A DNA stretch of 64,000 nucleotides from Ophelia neglecta (taxonomy: Eukaryota): positions 93,000,001 to 93,064,000 of the forward strand of contig OZ260661.1 in NCBI GenBank assembly GCA_965285935.1, written 5' to 3'. Numbering within the stretch: position 1 is the first letter of the stretch; every line of letters starts with the position of its first letter. The notes under the pieces are model-generated. The model ran no database searches, was not told where the DNA came from, and saw only the letters and a list, made by a program, of their open reading frames with translations. Shown here in pieces: positions 36,687-51,060 of the stretch. The position numbers and the translations under genes are program-made.

Positions 36687-37260
36687 TAAATAGTGCTTAT
36701 ATTAGTAACAGTAAAGATGTGTTTTACCTATTTTACGGTGATTTGAGGCCGCTTGCAATTTGACTTGACTGCATCAGTGTGATTAAGACATTTTTCATTT
36801 AAATTTACCTTCACGTTGTTCGAAATACTATTAATCAGATACAGAATCAGTAGTTTAGCACCTATTTGTAAAAAAAATTCATTCACAATAAGTGAATCGA
36901 AATAAAATAGACAACATGAATATACAGCTTAACAGGACACTGTTGTATTATGACAGGCAATTTAATTTGGTACATGGGAATGTGACTGACCGACAGTGAT
37001 ACAGGTCGCTTATAAAAACACGCTTATCCCGCCACACCAGAATACCCGCCAATTCAATACCACGCTACATTTAGTTAGGCACACAAGCCACCATTGGACT
37101 ACCCCTGCAGGTTAATTGCTCTTCATGCTAAGTCTAAATTGTAGTCGACATCCATGCACTGACGACTTTCTTTTCACAAGTTCATGCGAGGACTACAAAG
37201 TACAATGTGCTGTCTATGCCCAGGTCCTTTATCGCAAAATTGCTTTTCTGCTAAGTCCGA

Positions 37261-37305
37261 TACAGTCGGTCTCGCTTTCTGTTGAAGAAAGCGAGACCGA
37301 CTGTA
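37261..37305. mobile_element. Minimal hairpin MITE (20-bp perfect inverted repeat, 5-nt spacer)
   Basis: TACAGTCGGTCTCGCTTTCT-gttga-AGAAAGCGAGACCGACTGTA; TA-CAG...CTG-TA ends. Confidence 0.65.
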
Positions 37306-37688
37306 GTCATAATACATCCGGCCTAACGTACTGTACCGTCAACAAATGGTATAACGCTATGCTGGGTATCTAAGATTTATGCGGCCAGGATTTGAACAAA
37401 GCTTACTTCATTTGATCAAAATGCAATTTCATGAATTATAAATTATAATAAATGAAATAAACTAGGTTGGGTGGGTCGGTTAAAACATAAGTTGAAACAC
37501 AGAAAATACAAATAATTGCTGTTCACGCATAAATATAGGCTCATTGGCGTGAAAGGAACATCAATGACTGACAAATTAATTTAATACTAGAGTGTTTACC
37601 AATTCTAGCCAGCTAGTTTGCAATTGCAAAATACCTATGGCAGAGTGTCCGGTCCGGCTGGTACACAGACAGTGCTCGTTTAAATATA

Positions 37689-37866
37689 CAGTGAAACCTG
37701 TGAATAAAGACCACCCAAGGGACAGGAAAATCCTGGTCTGATTTTGGAGGTGGTCTGTTGTGACAGGTTATTTAACATTGAAAGTATACAACCTGGTCAT
37801 TATATTAGTGGTCTGAATTGACAGGTGGTCTGAATGTAGAGGTGGTCTTTAAGGCAGGTTTTACTG
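37689..37866 (-). mobile_element. MITE family 1, inverted orientation
   Basis: TA-CAGTGAAACCTGTGAAT...GGTGGTCTTTAAGGCAGGTTTTACTG-TA. Confidence 0.85.
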
Positions 37867-38312
37867 TATGCCTACAAATGATTCATTAGATAACTGTTTG
37901 AATGATATCACTTACAGGCGCTTTGTGGCTTAAAATATATGTTGGTTGTAACACAAGCTTAAACATATTTGTATGAATGCATGCCTCATAATTATATTTG
38001 TCGATTCAACTAGTTGGTTATAATAACATAACAGTGTATAAGTACATTGTGACTTAAAATGCCTCTTTACCATTGACATAATAACATAGTTTTCTATTGA
38101 GCGTAGCATTGACACAAATCCTTTCTTTGGATCGAGACACATAGATAATTTGCCCTACGCCATACTAAATTCTGCCACATTGCCTCGTTACCCAATAAGC
38201 ACAGTTAAGACACATGTGATGTAGAACAGGTAAAGACTCATAGGATTGAATTGCTTTGCCTTACATTCAATTTCTCTACATTTTCAAAAATGTAGCCACC
38301 AAAGGCACCATC

Positions 38313-38743
38313 TGGTAATAAACTCTATAATCAGACCAATATTTGCCAGTCCCTTCGGTGGTCTTGATTTACAGGTTTCACTGTACAGTGAAACCTGCCT
38401 TAAAGACCACCTCTATATTCAGACCACCTGCCAATTCAGACCACCAACACCAAGACCATAGTATACTCTTTTAATGTAAAATAACTTGTGTAATCAGACC
38501 ACCTCTATAATCAGACCAGTATTTTCCAGTCCATTCGGTGGTCGCAATTCACAGGTGTCACTGTACAGTAAAACCTGCCTTAAAGACCACCTCTATATTC
38601 AGACCACCTGCCAATTCAGACCATCAACACCAAGACCATGTTATACTCTTTTTATGTTAACTAACCTGTGAAATCAGACCACCTCTATAATCAGACCAGT
38701 ATTTGCCAGTCCCTTCGGTGGGTTCATTTCACAGGTTTCACTG
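38313..38743 (+). mobile_element. Tandem array of MITE family 1 (partial copy plus 38386-38563 and 38566-38743; 180-bp period)
   Basis: CACTG-TA-CAGT junctions at 38384 and 38564; near-identical units. Confidence 0.88.
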
Positions 38744-41700
38744 TATATAGATAAATGTACCTGCTGTAAATCGTTAAAGCTTGGTGAACACAATAAAGCG
38801 CTTGAGGTGGGTTTGGCATGAAAACCGCCAAATTTGCATGAGCCAAATAAAATATTAAGTTAAGTATTATACGTTATACACACAATTAAAATGGGAAGGG
38901 GTGGGATAGAAGATTGAAGAGGAATATAGAGTTGTGTTTTCATATTTGGAAAAAAAACATTTAGTCTCTCTGGATCAGGCTACCAGTCCTAAGAACTTTC
39001 GCCAAAAAAAAGCAGGTTTGAGGCCGCACTACAAAAAGAACTTGGCGAGTTATTTCCTGAGTATGCCCACTTGTTTCTGACAAATTGACAAATCATTTAT
39101 ACCTTGCCCTGTCATCTGCCCGAATCAGAAATCAAAATTGAAACATAAAGGTCTCCCGAGGTGCTATTTAGAAACTTTCCCTATCAGCCGACGAGGTGTC
39201 AGTTTTGTAGCTTTTCTCCCAACTTGGTCAAACTTTATAAACGCGCTTTTCGACTAATTTCATTAAGTTAATTTTATTGGATCTTATCTCTGTATATATA
39301 TAAAATAAACCGTGATGTGTTTAAATTCAGCTGTAGAAAGTCGCTAGCTGAAAATATTACACCGTGATTAACTTTTCTGCTCAAACTTCTGGGGGTTTAG
39401 TGAGAAATACTTTCTCTCGCCCACAAACACTGGTATTCTAGGTATTATAAAAAAAAGCTATCACATGGAAGGTAGGTCCAAGAAAAAATTCTAAAACATA
39501 AATCATGTCTGATCTGCTAGTAACATATACGACACATTTGATGATACACCTAATGCCATTATATTTCTCTATCCATATGGTAGTCTGTTTTTCTTTAATA
39601 TGTTATCCAGGTGAAAAATAAAAAGCTTCTTAGCTTTTGGTATAAAGAGGTCCTTTGCCTGGTTTAATCGTTCGAGTCCGTTTTTTATAAATTCTAGGGC
39701 AATCTTTTACCTTTCATTATTCGCAAATAATAGTATCACGGTCACGAGCTTGAATGCATATATATAATTTCTGAAAATATTATTTTATGTCACCAAGTTG
39801 GGTTTTCAACTTGTTCACTTTTTTGTCGATTGGGCTATTTGATTTGGTTATTATTTCATCGGTTAATGTGCCGCAGTAACCTCCAATATCAGTAAATACG
39901 GTTAATATGATTGCTCTTTTAGAAAAACTGACCACTTTGCATAAATCTTCTGTTTAGTTTGGAGCAAAAACTGAACAACTGTTAAGCTGTGAAGACCCAC
40001 ATAACTCGACTGTGGTCCACTACATTGCATACGAGGTGTATTCCATTCCTCTGAGTGTCGTATTATCTTATTAGAGGATTTTTTTTGCAATAACAGTATA
40101 GACAGCCACACAAAGCTTTCCAGGGCCATTTTCAGAGCTCCACATGATTATGATTGAGGTTGCTCACTGTCCAAAGTACTCAGGACTGTGAGGTGTTGGC
40201 TTTGTAATCATAAACAATGGCATACTTCTGTGTGCATAAATCGTCTTTTACCTTCTGAGGAGTGTAGGTTACTAATTCGTGTAGTTCACCGATTCATTTT
40301 AACCAAAAGAAGCTTTAGGGTTCAGACCGAAACTTTTGTCTCTTGGCCCTTGACTCTTGAGGCTTTCTAAGCCTGTAGCACAGAACATTATCCGCATTAG
40401 GGGAGTATTAATTCCCCGCCACAACATTAACGCCAATAAGATATTATTATCAGGTTTCTTTAATACGTAGTTATATAATTTGTGCACTTAGGTGAATTTT
40501 ACAAGCGAGTAAATAATATATTTTAATAATCGTGGTTTTTAAAGAAGTAAGCGTTATTGTTATTTTGTATCTATCGATGTTTTATTTGCCACACTAATGC
40601 CAGCAATACACAATGGTTGTATATACTTGTAAGTTGGGTTGCACAGGTAATAAAGAACACAAGATGTAAATATTTAATAATAACTCATTGTGTGAAAGGG
40701 ATGAAAGAATTAATCACGGTGAAGCAGACGATCATACTTCACTTAGACTATGTATCACAGACATGTAATGGTCACAGTGTGATAAATATAATATGTTAAT
40801 ATATGATTAAAGATATTGGTAGGTCATTTTTACGGTTACCCTACAAAAAATATCAGATTGTCATCAAGAAACTACGGTAGGTTTATTATCGCCTGTAAAC
40901 ATAAGTAGGGGACATCGATATTGAATACTAATTTGATTAACGTAGCCGGGTTTTCTGTTATGTTGAGTTCAAGGCCCTCTAATAATTGGCCGGCGTACAG
41001 AACTAGAACGAATAGTGATTAATGCCAAATCAATACTTATTAAACAGTATACAGTTCTTTAAGTAAGCCATAGCACAAAACTTGAGCCTTTCTGTCTCTG
41101 ACAGATTACTAGCATGATTTTTTCTTTGAATTGTCATTTGCATGTAGGCATTCCAGTCATTTGCTGGAATATTTCTTTTAATCACTTCTTGAAATAAGAA
41201 ACATTAGAAAATTATTTTTTCCTTAATTATATGTCTAGTTCATTTAAGCATGTTTAAGTAATTTAAATAGATAACAAATGAAAACTTTGCAATACAACTA
41301 TATTGAGGTTTTTTTTTAAGAAAATGCACACACCACGGCTACTGCATCACATTCGGGCAAATTGGGCTTCTTAAGTCATTGAGATGTTTTACCAGCTATA
41401 TACTCATTTGATAAAACCCCTGGAAGGAAGATATAAACTATTTGACCCCTGTTTTCTTTTTTCCACTTAATTAGATAATGACTGAGTTGTGTAAACTGTG
41501 AATCAATATACGTGGTTTCACTGTCATGTAACTTTAACATTATAACATTGTAATGAATGGTTCACAGGTTTTGTATCATGTGGCTTGTAAGAGAATGATT
41601 AAAGAATGTCAGAATCATTATAATCACAAAAACATCTGCCACATGCATATCTTCAACTTGAAAAACTTGAAAATGACTTCTAACTTATTGGCTTTAAATC

Positions 41701-41789
41701 TATGAATAAACTGTCCCCAAATTAAACTCTGTTTACCCTGTACTTATATCACAGACCTTTACTGGGAAGTTCAAACGGGTTTCATTGAC

Positions 41790-42090
41790 ACGCTACCGTT
41801 GACTTTGAACAATACTCGCCGGTCGGAACGCCGCTAGAACTTAATACTTTATTTCTAAAAAGTTACTTGTCGAGCGGCGAGGGTCCCCCATGAATTTCCT
41901 CACCGGTCTCTCGAGCCTGGCGAGTCTGATTCAAGATGTCTGCAAGTTGAGGTTATGGTGACTAAGAACCGAAGGAAGCACTCATGTGTGTAGCTGCCTG
42001 ACTTAGCTAGTGTGTTCACTAGGAAAGGATCGGAGAGGAAACCATCTCACTCTAGCGATCTGGGTGAGAAAGGGGAGAAATTGGACTAAA
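41790..42090 (+). other. Candidate upstream non-coding exon of gene B (5' limit uncertain)
   Basis: AAA|gtaagt donor at 42091; GC-richer island; TCGCCGGTCGGA at 41816-41827. Confidence 0.35.
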
Positions 42091-45000
42091 GTAAGTAACA
42101 TTTTATTAATTTTGTAGAGTTTCCAAAGTAAAAGATATCATCTAAGTATACGCCAACTCTCCTGGTCCTGGGATGAAAATTGCATGTAGGAAACACTTAG
42201 AGAGATTGCCGCAAAGAACTTTATAGCTTCTTCAACAGTGATATGTTTACTTTTCTGGTGACTGTACAAGTACCTAGAAAATCACTGCAACTTGGATTAG
42301 CAATTCCAAATGTTGAAATGTAAATATGATATTGTGAAAGCAAGGCAATGCAAGGCTTCAATATTCGAAGTAGAAACTTCTACTAAAAACAGATTTGACA
42401 TTTGTTAGACCAAGAACAGTGTTGACCAGAGTAAACGGACATGCCCTGTGGACTGTTCTGAAAAAACACACACAATCGAGGGCTTGCTTGCAGAAGCGTT
42501 GTCGAAAGCTCTTTAAGACATTAACATACAAGTTAGTAATGACAGCTTAATTGAATGGTACATAGCAAATACATTGTCTGTGCACTGTTGACTAGTGTTG
42601 GCACTTAACTAAACTAATGCCTGCTTCTATTTACTGAGTAGCTACTTTTGATTGCAAAGTCTCAACAAACTGTTAAGAATCATAAATGAGACCTTCTTCA
42701 CAAACGAAGGTTTAAATGGCAATGCAGCTATGAGAAAAAGCCGTGCTTGCATTCAAGTACAACTGAATTTTAGATGTTTGGATACATGCTGATTATCAAT
42801 GTCGCCTAACCTCTCCAGGTAGATAATATCCTGGCAGCTCACGCTAAGAAATATGAACTTGCATAGCATGTGTGGAGCTTTGTCAAGCCAGCCTTGAAAA
42901 CATATGAATACAATAGATAAATTGGCAATAGAGGTGCGCGGGCTTGCAAAAACCCGAATGTACGTTTTAGCAAATCATGCAATGGAAGTTAGGGACGGCA
43001 GGTAGCTTACACCGAAATTTAGATGGATTTAAAAGCAGACATTATAGCGATCTGCAATTGGACTTTCAGTTTGCCTGGTTTGTCTAGGAATTGTTGTGTA
43101 TCAAATTTGATGAATGTTAGACCTTTGGCATGCCACAAAAACAGAATGATTGCCTCCTAAGGTACCTCCAGCGGGCATACCATCTACAGTACAATGTGCG
43201 TCTCACTCGATGTAGGTGAAGAGTGATAACACTCCCATTAGACCAATGAAGACAGCTACTTTTCATCCTAAACAAGGCCATTTTATAAGGAAAAGGGGCC
43301 TCGTTGAAATATTTTGCAATTGCATTTCTGAAAGTCTTCGTCTGTGATAAAAGGCGGCGTTCACTATCCCAATCACTAAAACACTGCTAACTTAAGGCCC
43401 AGCCATAGACTAGCGGCAAGATGCAGGTGTATATTGTCACCGCACCTGCTGTGCCACTTGTTGCTCTTTCCCTCGAGCTTTTCTAGCAGTTACTTGTTGA
43501 AAAGATTGGTGCAGGCGCTTCATTGCATTATTTGCATCATTGACTGTGTCTCTTTTTGCAATGCATCATTTTAACCGGCTGTCTGCAATTATTCAACCAG
43601 CGCTTACTGGCTAAATCGTCATAAGAATCAAAATGGCTGCGAGAATCAAGATGGAGAGGAGTGCCTCGTAATCATTGCTCTTGCCAGTCTAAGCTGTCTG
43701 TTTAGGCCCTATATTGGATTTTAAGCCTTTACAGAAAGCAAACGAAATCGAGCGAGAGTTTACTGGTGAAATTAGGTAGTATTGATAAAAAGATTAAGAT
43801 TCAATTGTAAAAAGAAACATTACTTAACTAATCGCATTTGCTGAAATTTAAGTGCAAAGCAATATCTTGTGTTAATAAACAAACTGAGGGATATACTATG
43901 CAGCCAAGGATATCTCTTGAATGGGAACGTTGGTTTGGAATTTAGAAGTTTTACCAGACCAGCCTATTCTTAGAATCAAAGGAGCGGTTTGGTTTATGGT
44001 TTTGCTTGGTTGGTTTGAGAGTTTTTAAAGTGACGCAGCTGTTCCCTTCATAGTTGTTTTCTGGAACTTTCTACTATATAAGGATATTATAGCTCAACCA
44101 ATGAAAATAGAATGTACTTTCAATGGTCTTCCGTTTCGTGAAACTCCACTTTGCGTGGTTGATAAAATGTCCACTGTCATGTTATCTGGCGTCAGAGAGT
44201 TTGAGGTCACACAGAACATGGCATTTCCTATGTCACATCTTAAACGAATTTTGGCCAATTTAAGGCTTGTATAGACGGTCTGTCATAGTTTGGCATGCAG
44301 GTTTTTCACACTAACCCCGTTTACATACTGCTGCATACTTGTCTACCGTCCATGAAAAAATGAATCTCTTGAACATCAACCTGGTTGACATAAATTGTTT
44401 GACAAGAGTGAGTCCACAGTGGCCAGACCAGCTCCCAGCTATTTATTTACAGACGGTAGTCAAGAATTCTCCCAATTCTTTCTCAATTGTCCGCAGTCCA
44501 GCGCACACCTGCGAGGTACATGTTTATAAGGTGAGCTGTGTTGATAAACACACGCCTGTAAAGTACCATTACTTTTCACATTATAATATTGGCTCATGGT
44601 GAATACTTCAATTCACCAGTCTAAATTTACTCTCGGGAATAAAGACTGGAAAAATGTGGACAGGTTGCTGATTCCATTGAACTCTCGATTACACAGAGCA
44701 GTATACAGTGTTTGCCTGACATCGGATGTTTTTCGGTGGCTAGCATAAATACAAGTTGTTTTGCTCTTTTAAAAACCTTAATTGCGTTTAAACCCATATT
44801 TACGCATACTTCTTTTTCTATCTTGGACCTTTGCGTTACACACTGCACTCCATTGAGAAAGGAGACAGATTCGGTTGTGTCTCGACGAATGCAACGAGAT
44901 ACCAATCAAGCGTGACTTTCCAAGAAACTGCAATGTCAACTGAAGCACGGCTATACCGGTCGGTCACTGTGTACATGACATAAAAGTACTGGAAGATTCC

Positions 45001-48000
45001 TATATGACCCAATAATATGGTTGCTAAATACACAATAAACTTCAATATGTATTGGAAAGATAATATTTATTCGGGACCCTTTTCAGGAATCTAGCCTCAG
45101 GTTTATCTAAGTTTCTATCGTGGTGACTTTTTAATAATTTTAGATTCAGATTTTTCTGTAATGGTACATGTTTGAGGCCTCAATGATGTTTGGTTTTTTT
45201 CGACAGCTAGCTTATGGGCCAAGATTAGGTATTTAACGAACACATCCCTTCAACGATGTAGCCACCTTTTTTGGTCACACTTGCACTCAAGCCAGAGGGA
45301 CAACATCTTTGTACCCACCTCAATAAACTGAGGTTTGCTACAAGCAGCCATTAGCACGAAATTTTCTCTATGAGTGACATAATGTTAATTATTGGGATTT
45401 GATTTCGGTACTTAAATTATTCTTTAAAGATCTATTCGAAAGAACTAAACAGACTGTAGAATTTAGGTGACTTTTATTCAGTTCTGAAAAGCAATTGTGA
45501 TAGAAATTCTTCTCACGAAGAACCATTAATTTACACAGAAAACTTTTGACAAGTAATGATTTTTGATACACCTGTGGCCCAGACATCACCGCCCTCTCTT
45601 TGTTTTTGCAGCAAAAGAGTAATTTCCAGTTTGGTGTCGCAAAATTAATATGACATTAAAAAAACGACCAGTGCAGCAACCACCAATAGAACACGAGAGG
45701 TCACGGTGGTTAGTGGTCCATGCCAGACACAGTCCAGGGTCTTCCCACTTGTTTACCACATTGAGAAAAATCTACCAGCCATCCCTTGGCATTCTTGTCG
45801 TCTGCATTGCATATACCAGTCTCATTTTTCATTCATGAAATCTGCAAAGCGATGCGAAATAATTTTGCCGAGCTTGACTGCACAGCGTTTTGTCGGGGAG
45901 GGAGGCGGAATGCTGAATTGTAGCTTCGAGCTCCGCCGCCTTGACGACAGGTTACCGGGCTAGGTCGGCCCGGTGATGGCAGTTTTTCAGAAAACCTGTT
46001 CCATTGATAATGGTGTAACTTCAGCCAAAATAAAACTATACTTCCGTCTCATCGGCGTATGCTCCCTGAATCAAAATTCGTGCATTTTCATTGTTTGTTT
46101 CCAGTTTGGTTTCAACAAAAAGATGCATTTTAATGATGCAATTGAGATGTCAGTAGTCCAAGGAAGTAGCCCGGGTCTGTGTGTAAAGAAGGGTTTACAA
46201 GACCGTACGTGTTAGTAGCTCGGCATCGATAGAGATCACCTTGCGAACTTGGCGTAATGTTGTGTTATTAAGTTATAAAAGTACGGCCTGCGTTTTCCTG
46301 TGGTCTACCGATGGTTTAAACACTATCATTACCAACTGCAATTCACATTCCATGCGGTCTTTTTTGATGCGGACCATTCAAGAAATTCCATACTAGATTC
46401 CTCTCACTTTATGGCTAACTGGTGTCAGCACACCCCATTTGATCAGGGTCATTTATTCCGCCCTGGATATACTTTAATCACAATTTATCATCATTTTCCC
46501 ATGATGATGACTTAACGGGAATTCTATGGTACACTTCTCTACATTATACAAAAACATCAGTTGACAATATCGGCAAGGAGTTAAATACCCCTTCTGTAAT
46601 TTGAGGAATTGCCATTTCTAGTTTTGAAAGGAATTAGCCTAAGATATGGAAAGGTCAGACTTGACATATTAGGTAGGCTAGGCCAGTCTATTACAGTACT
46701 GCACCCGGCTTTTGAGTTTTAGGTGTACACAGAACGCCTGTATTGATTTATTTGCTGCAATTTCCTTCAATTGTGTCCAGACTAAAAGGTATCACATAGA
46801 TGAACCGCCTAGTGTTTTTCTAGTTTACACCAATAAATTAGATATGAAAACAGAATAAAAGGCAAGTCAAATGATGCTTACATAAACCCGATTGCCTTTT
46901 ATCACTAACAATACTGAGAGCTACCTGTAGAAGGTAGACATATCCCACGGCCACATATACATGCAGGGAAGACAACATATTATTAAATACAAAAAGAAAA
47001 ATATGCATTTGCACAGATGAGGGTAGGTGCTATTTGGGACCGCTCATTTGTTGAATGCCAACCTTACTCGCATGAGGGATCTTATATTTTTATGATGTGT
47101 TAAATATAAAATCAACTTATGCGAAATATAAGCAAATAGTGCTACATCATTCTTCTGAACTTGGCCTATAAAGAAACTCGCCGTTTTGCTATCGTAATTT
47201 TATGGCCTTGCTACTTTGAATGGCAGTAGAGATCTTTTGACGATGATATATTGTGTCTAGTCCATTGACGGACGAACACATCATTGTAGCTTGTTAGTTA
47301 TGAAAGCCAGCCCATTACACCGTTATGCCTGATGTCAATCATGACTGGCAAGATTAGGAACTGGGTAAAACCAGGCATATACTTGAATTAAACCGTTTTA
47401 CGCGGCTTTCAGGAGGCAAATCGAGTCAGCTGAACGCCTGCACAAATTTCACGGTTTACTAAAATATTTGGGAAAATAGTTTAATCGGGGTGTTATGAAA
47501 AGTTAACCCATCAGATCTACTATAAAGCTGTGGTCTCTCGGGTATATCGCTCTCATGTCACTCGAACACGCTCATAGTTCACCCTTAAATTACTAAGAAT
47601 TGAACACAAAGCAGCAGAATTTGTGTAAATTACACACTGAATAAAGATAGTAGTGGATGTAGTTATAAATAATCCCAATTGTAAAACCTTTTTTCCTCAG
47701 AATGCCTTGTCATAGTATCTACACACTTGAATGTCCATGCTGTCTCGTCAAAGGTCATTTAAGACTAGGCCCATTTGATAGGCCTCTACTGTATTGTTAG
47801 CGGTGTAAAGAACAATTTAGAAAGTTTCCCAAAACGAAAAGACCGGTTTTAATGATAGATGAATGAATGGGACGCGTAGAAGAATACTATGTCTTGCTAC
47901 ATAATCATGAAAAGACTTGAAATAGTTGGGTCTGGTTTCAGTTGTATGTCGGGGATACAACACATCCGGCCAATTGTGGAAAATAGATGTAGCCCTTGTT

Positions 48001-48859
48001 GTAAACTTGTTTCTAGCTTTTGGACCAACCAAAATGTCTTAGATATTATGGTAATTCACCAAGTTGGCACTGGTAACAAGCAGCGCTTCTGTCGAGACTA
48101 TATTTTTAGTACAACTTTGCTAGTAGGGCGTGTTTCACATAGGCAGTCTTGTAGAACGCCCACCTGTAATTAGCTGACCTCTGAATCAACACCTGCAGGA
48201 CTTAACAGTGAAATTTAGTGACACCTTGGAATTAGTAAAACTTAAAATGAAAACCATCATCACCTCGGGCCATTCAATCATAGCTCACATATTTGACCTT
48301 GGAAGTAAGAACCTTTCTAAAATAAGGCACTTTCATGCTTAGAGAAGTTGCAGACCTAATCTAATCTTAGCTTTGGGAACAATAAGCTTTTGTACTGTAT
48401 GAAAATCTCACATAAAGGTCATTGGTAGGGCAGTATCTATGAGTTTACTACTAGTAAGACTACTATTCAGTGCTTGTCAATCAACAAGTCCCAGTAGGCC
48501 TATTATAATAATGATCTCTCATTTACGCCTTCGGGAATTTGACACTTTTAATTTGACATACCAAAGTTTTCCATTTGACTTTATAAGAACTCCACAAAGG
48601 TTGAAAAACATCATCAGGAAGTGTGTTAGTTGATTCAGGGATTTGAGAACAGCATTTGGCATAGATTTGGGTTACCCCTATTCCGTGCACCTCGTCTTGC
48701 CAACCTCTTTGTGTAAATAACTCGTCTGCACAGAACTGAGAAGCAAACACATATATAGATGGACAATGTCTGGCATTACCAAATAATAACAAGATTAGCA
48801 TAAACGAAAGGCTATCTGATAAAAGAAACAAGAGACATTAAGCAAACCCAACCGCTTTG

Positions 48860-49410
48860 CGTTCAGTAGAAAAAGAGGCTGTTGACTGTATATCTAATTA
48901 AAGACCAGTTATGTAAGTTGTTGGTCTGCCCTTCAAAACAATACCGTCTGCTGTTCGATTGCTACTTCTAAACATTCTAATGGCCCCCTTTTATTGGATC
49001 AAAGTTGCGCAAAACACCATGATACCTCTATAAACTTAGATATATGGAAGCTTGACGTAGTTAGGAAATAGAGGCAAGCACTGTGCTTTATGCAGTCTCT
49101 GAAATATAAGTCGTTAATAGAGCGCAAAACTAACAGACCAAGAAACCTGAACAGCGCCAAAGACAAGCCCTCATCAGCTCTAGCTGTGTTTTTTTCTCAA
49201 AGGAAAAATGTGCTTTTATCGCTGAGTCATTGCCTACTGTGGGCGAAGGGGTGTCTAGAGTGTGGCATTTCCATTCTTCTTGTATACCTTGTATAAAACG
49301 GTATATATAGCCTCCAATTTTGGCGAATAGCAATCTCCTCTCTGTTATCTGCAGAACACCAACGTCATGAGATTTCACACCCTGTGATGTTCATATAAAA
49401 CACTAACTTC
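48860..49410 (+). pseudogene. Highly degraded non-LTR retrotransposon (CR1/L2-like) reverse transcriptase fragment
   Basis: DCISN*RPV resembles the NYRPI motif; NLLSVICRTP...PVMFI resembles the GVPQGSILGPLLF region; correct order, many disruptions. Confidence 0.45.
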
Positions 49411-50967
49411 TCTATCACCTTTTATATGGGGAACGTCCATATTGAATAGGCCTATGGTGAAATAAATAGTTTTCACCCATCTCGCTATTCCTTTGCCGAA
49501 TACCATTTTTGATGGTAGCTGATTTTGAGACTTATAATTTAGCATAGTTAACTTACTAAAATTTAGGGTACCGTAGGGCATTTCTAAATAGGTACTTACG
49601 TACTAAACATCAATACATGTATATGTTTGTTATTTAACGCAAACGTCGTGTCTTACAGGCAACGAACAGAACTATCATCGGCACAATGCCAGCGTGATGC
49701 AATATTGGAAGTCTATACTGTAATTGACACCTTGAATATCACAGTGAACTTGTTGACAAACAGATAAAAATTGCTGAATTGAATGTTACATTGATAGTTC
49801 ATTCCTAGACTAATATTATGTTAATATCGGCCACCGAAAAGCAAAAGAATGTACACTGTACTTGGTAATTAAAGAAAAGACTACAGGAAAAATATTTGTA
49901 TACTTCTACAGCCAGAGTTCAGTCAACAGGGTTTTCTAGGAAAAATATACCTGAAACAGACAAAGGACGTGCAACGAAGCATCCTTTTAAAGAAAGACAT
50001 TGCTTCGTACTGCCTAATTGGATGATTATAGCGGCTTTACTACTGGACAATAGGACAATGCCAGATATCTTTATTTAAAAAGTATCACTGTTCGATATAT
50101 TCAAATGAAATACAAGCTTTGAAATGCATACTTAATGTTATTCCTGCAATGATTCCAGATTATTATTTTGGGTATTCATTTGCAAAAATAACATGGCCTT
50201 TCTGCTGACAGCTAGCCTGTGTCACAATAGGCCTAGTGTAAATTGTATTTTAAATTGTAATGCCTATGTACAAGTACAACAGGTGACCAGAAGGTCATTG
50301 TGATCATTATGCCATTAATATAAAACTCATTTGGCGTGGAACCAACTACCATAAATATCAAAACATATTTCGCCTTATTACCTTTAAACCCACCCACAAC
50401 GGTTAATTTGGTGCCAATATTTTTCATTCTAGTAAGCCCTATTCAGTAACATAAATAGTTCATTCATATGTTACAACTATGTATATGATTGAATTTTCGA
50501 CAATTATACTGAGTTGCATGTATGTCTATTACTGGATTGTACCAGTCCTATAGGTGAACCAGGGTTCACCTTTGTGTGGTTAAGCTCGCAAAAATGAACA
50601 GCCAAGGGAATTTCTTAACGTATTACTCGGTGCTGTAAAACATGGACAAATCCTACGATTCAGACGAGTAAACAAATGGTTTTTTTGGTTTCCCTTTACT
50701 ATTTCTTATTTTCAGTCAATAAATAACAGTGGCATACATATATATAAGTCCGTATTGCCTCCTGTTTAGGAGAGAACAGTCGTAGGGGTTAAACTAATGT
50801 GCTTTTAAAATAAAGTTAACAAGAAGTAAGTTATTTAAGTAAAATTAATGTTGTATACAGAGATACTACAATGCGCGATTTTGTCTTAAAATTTATTACT
50901 TATCAGTCAGAGGATCTAAACAACATTTTCTTTTGCTTTCAGGATCCCTTGAGCCTGTTGTTGAAGC

Positions 50968-51060
50968 GGCCAAGGTAGTCCATTGGAAGGCCTTGTCTGT
51001 CGTTAGCTACACCTGACAACTCGGGTGTTGGTTGTCCAGACAAGGCCCGTTTATAAGGCC
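50968..51060 (+). promoter_or_regulatory. Conserved 5'UTR RNA stem-loop element, copy B
   Basis: GGCCUUGUCUG (50989-50999) pairs with CAGACAAGGCC (51037-51047); upper stem ACACCUGA-caac-UCGGGUGU. Confidence 0.8.

Noticed and set aside
38313-38743. Repeated units as a CRISPR-like array
   Set aside because: Eukaryotic context, no unique spacers; units are whole MITEs with TIRs.
40253-40345. CTGAGGA...CCGAAAC as a hammerhead ribozyme or Penelope end
   Set aside because: Core motifs are too far apart and the required stems are not evident.
43395-43703. Possible degenerate TIR element (CAGCCATAGACTAGCGGCAAG / CTTGCCAGTCTAAGCTG)
   Set aside because: Inverted match is partial, with no clear target-site duplication or second copy in the window.
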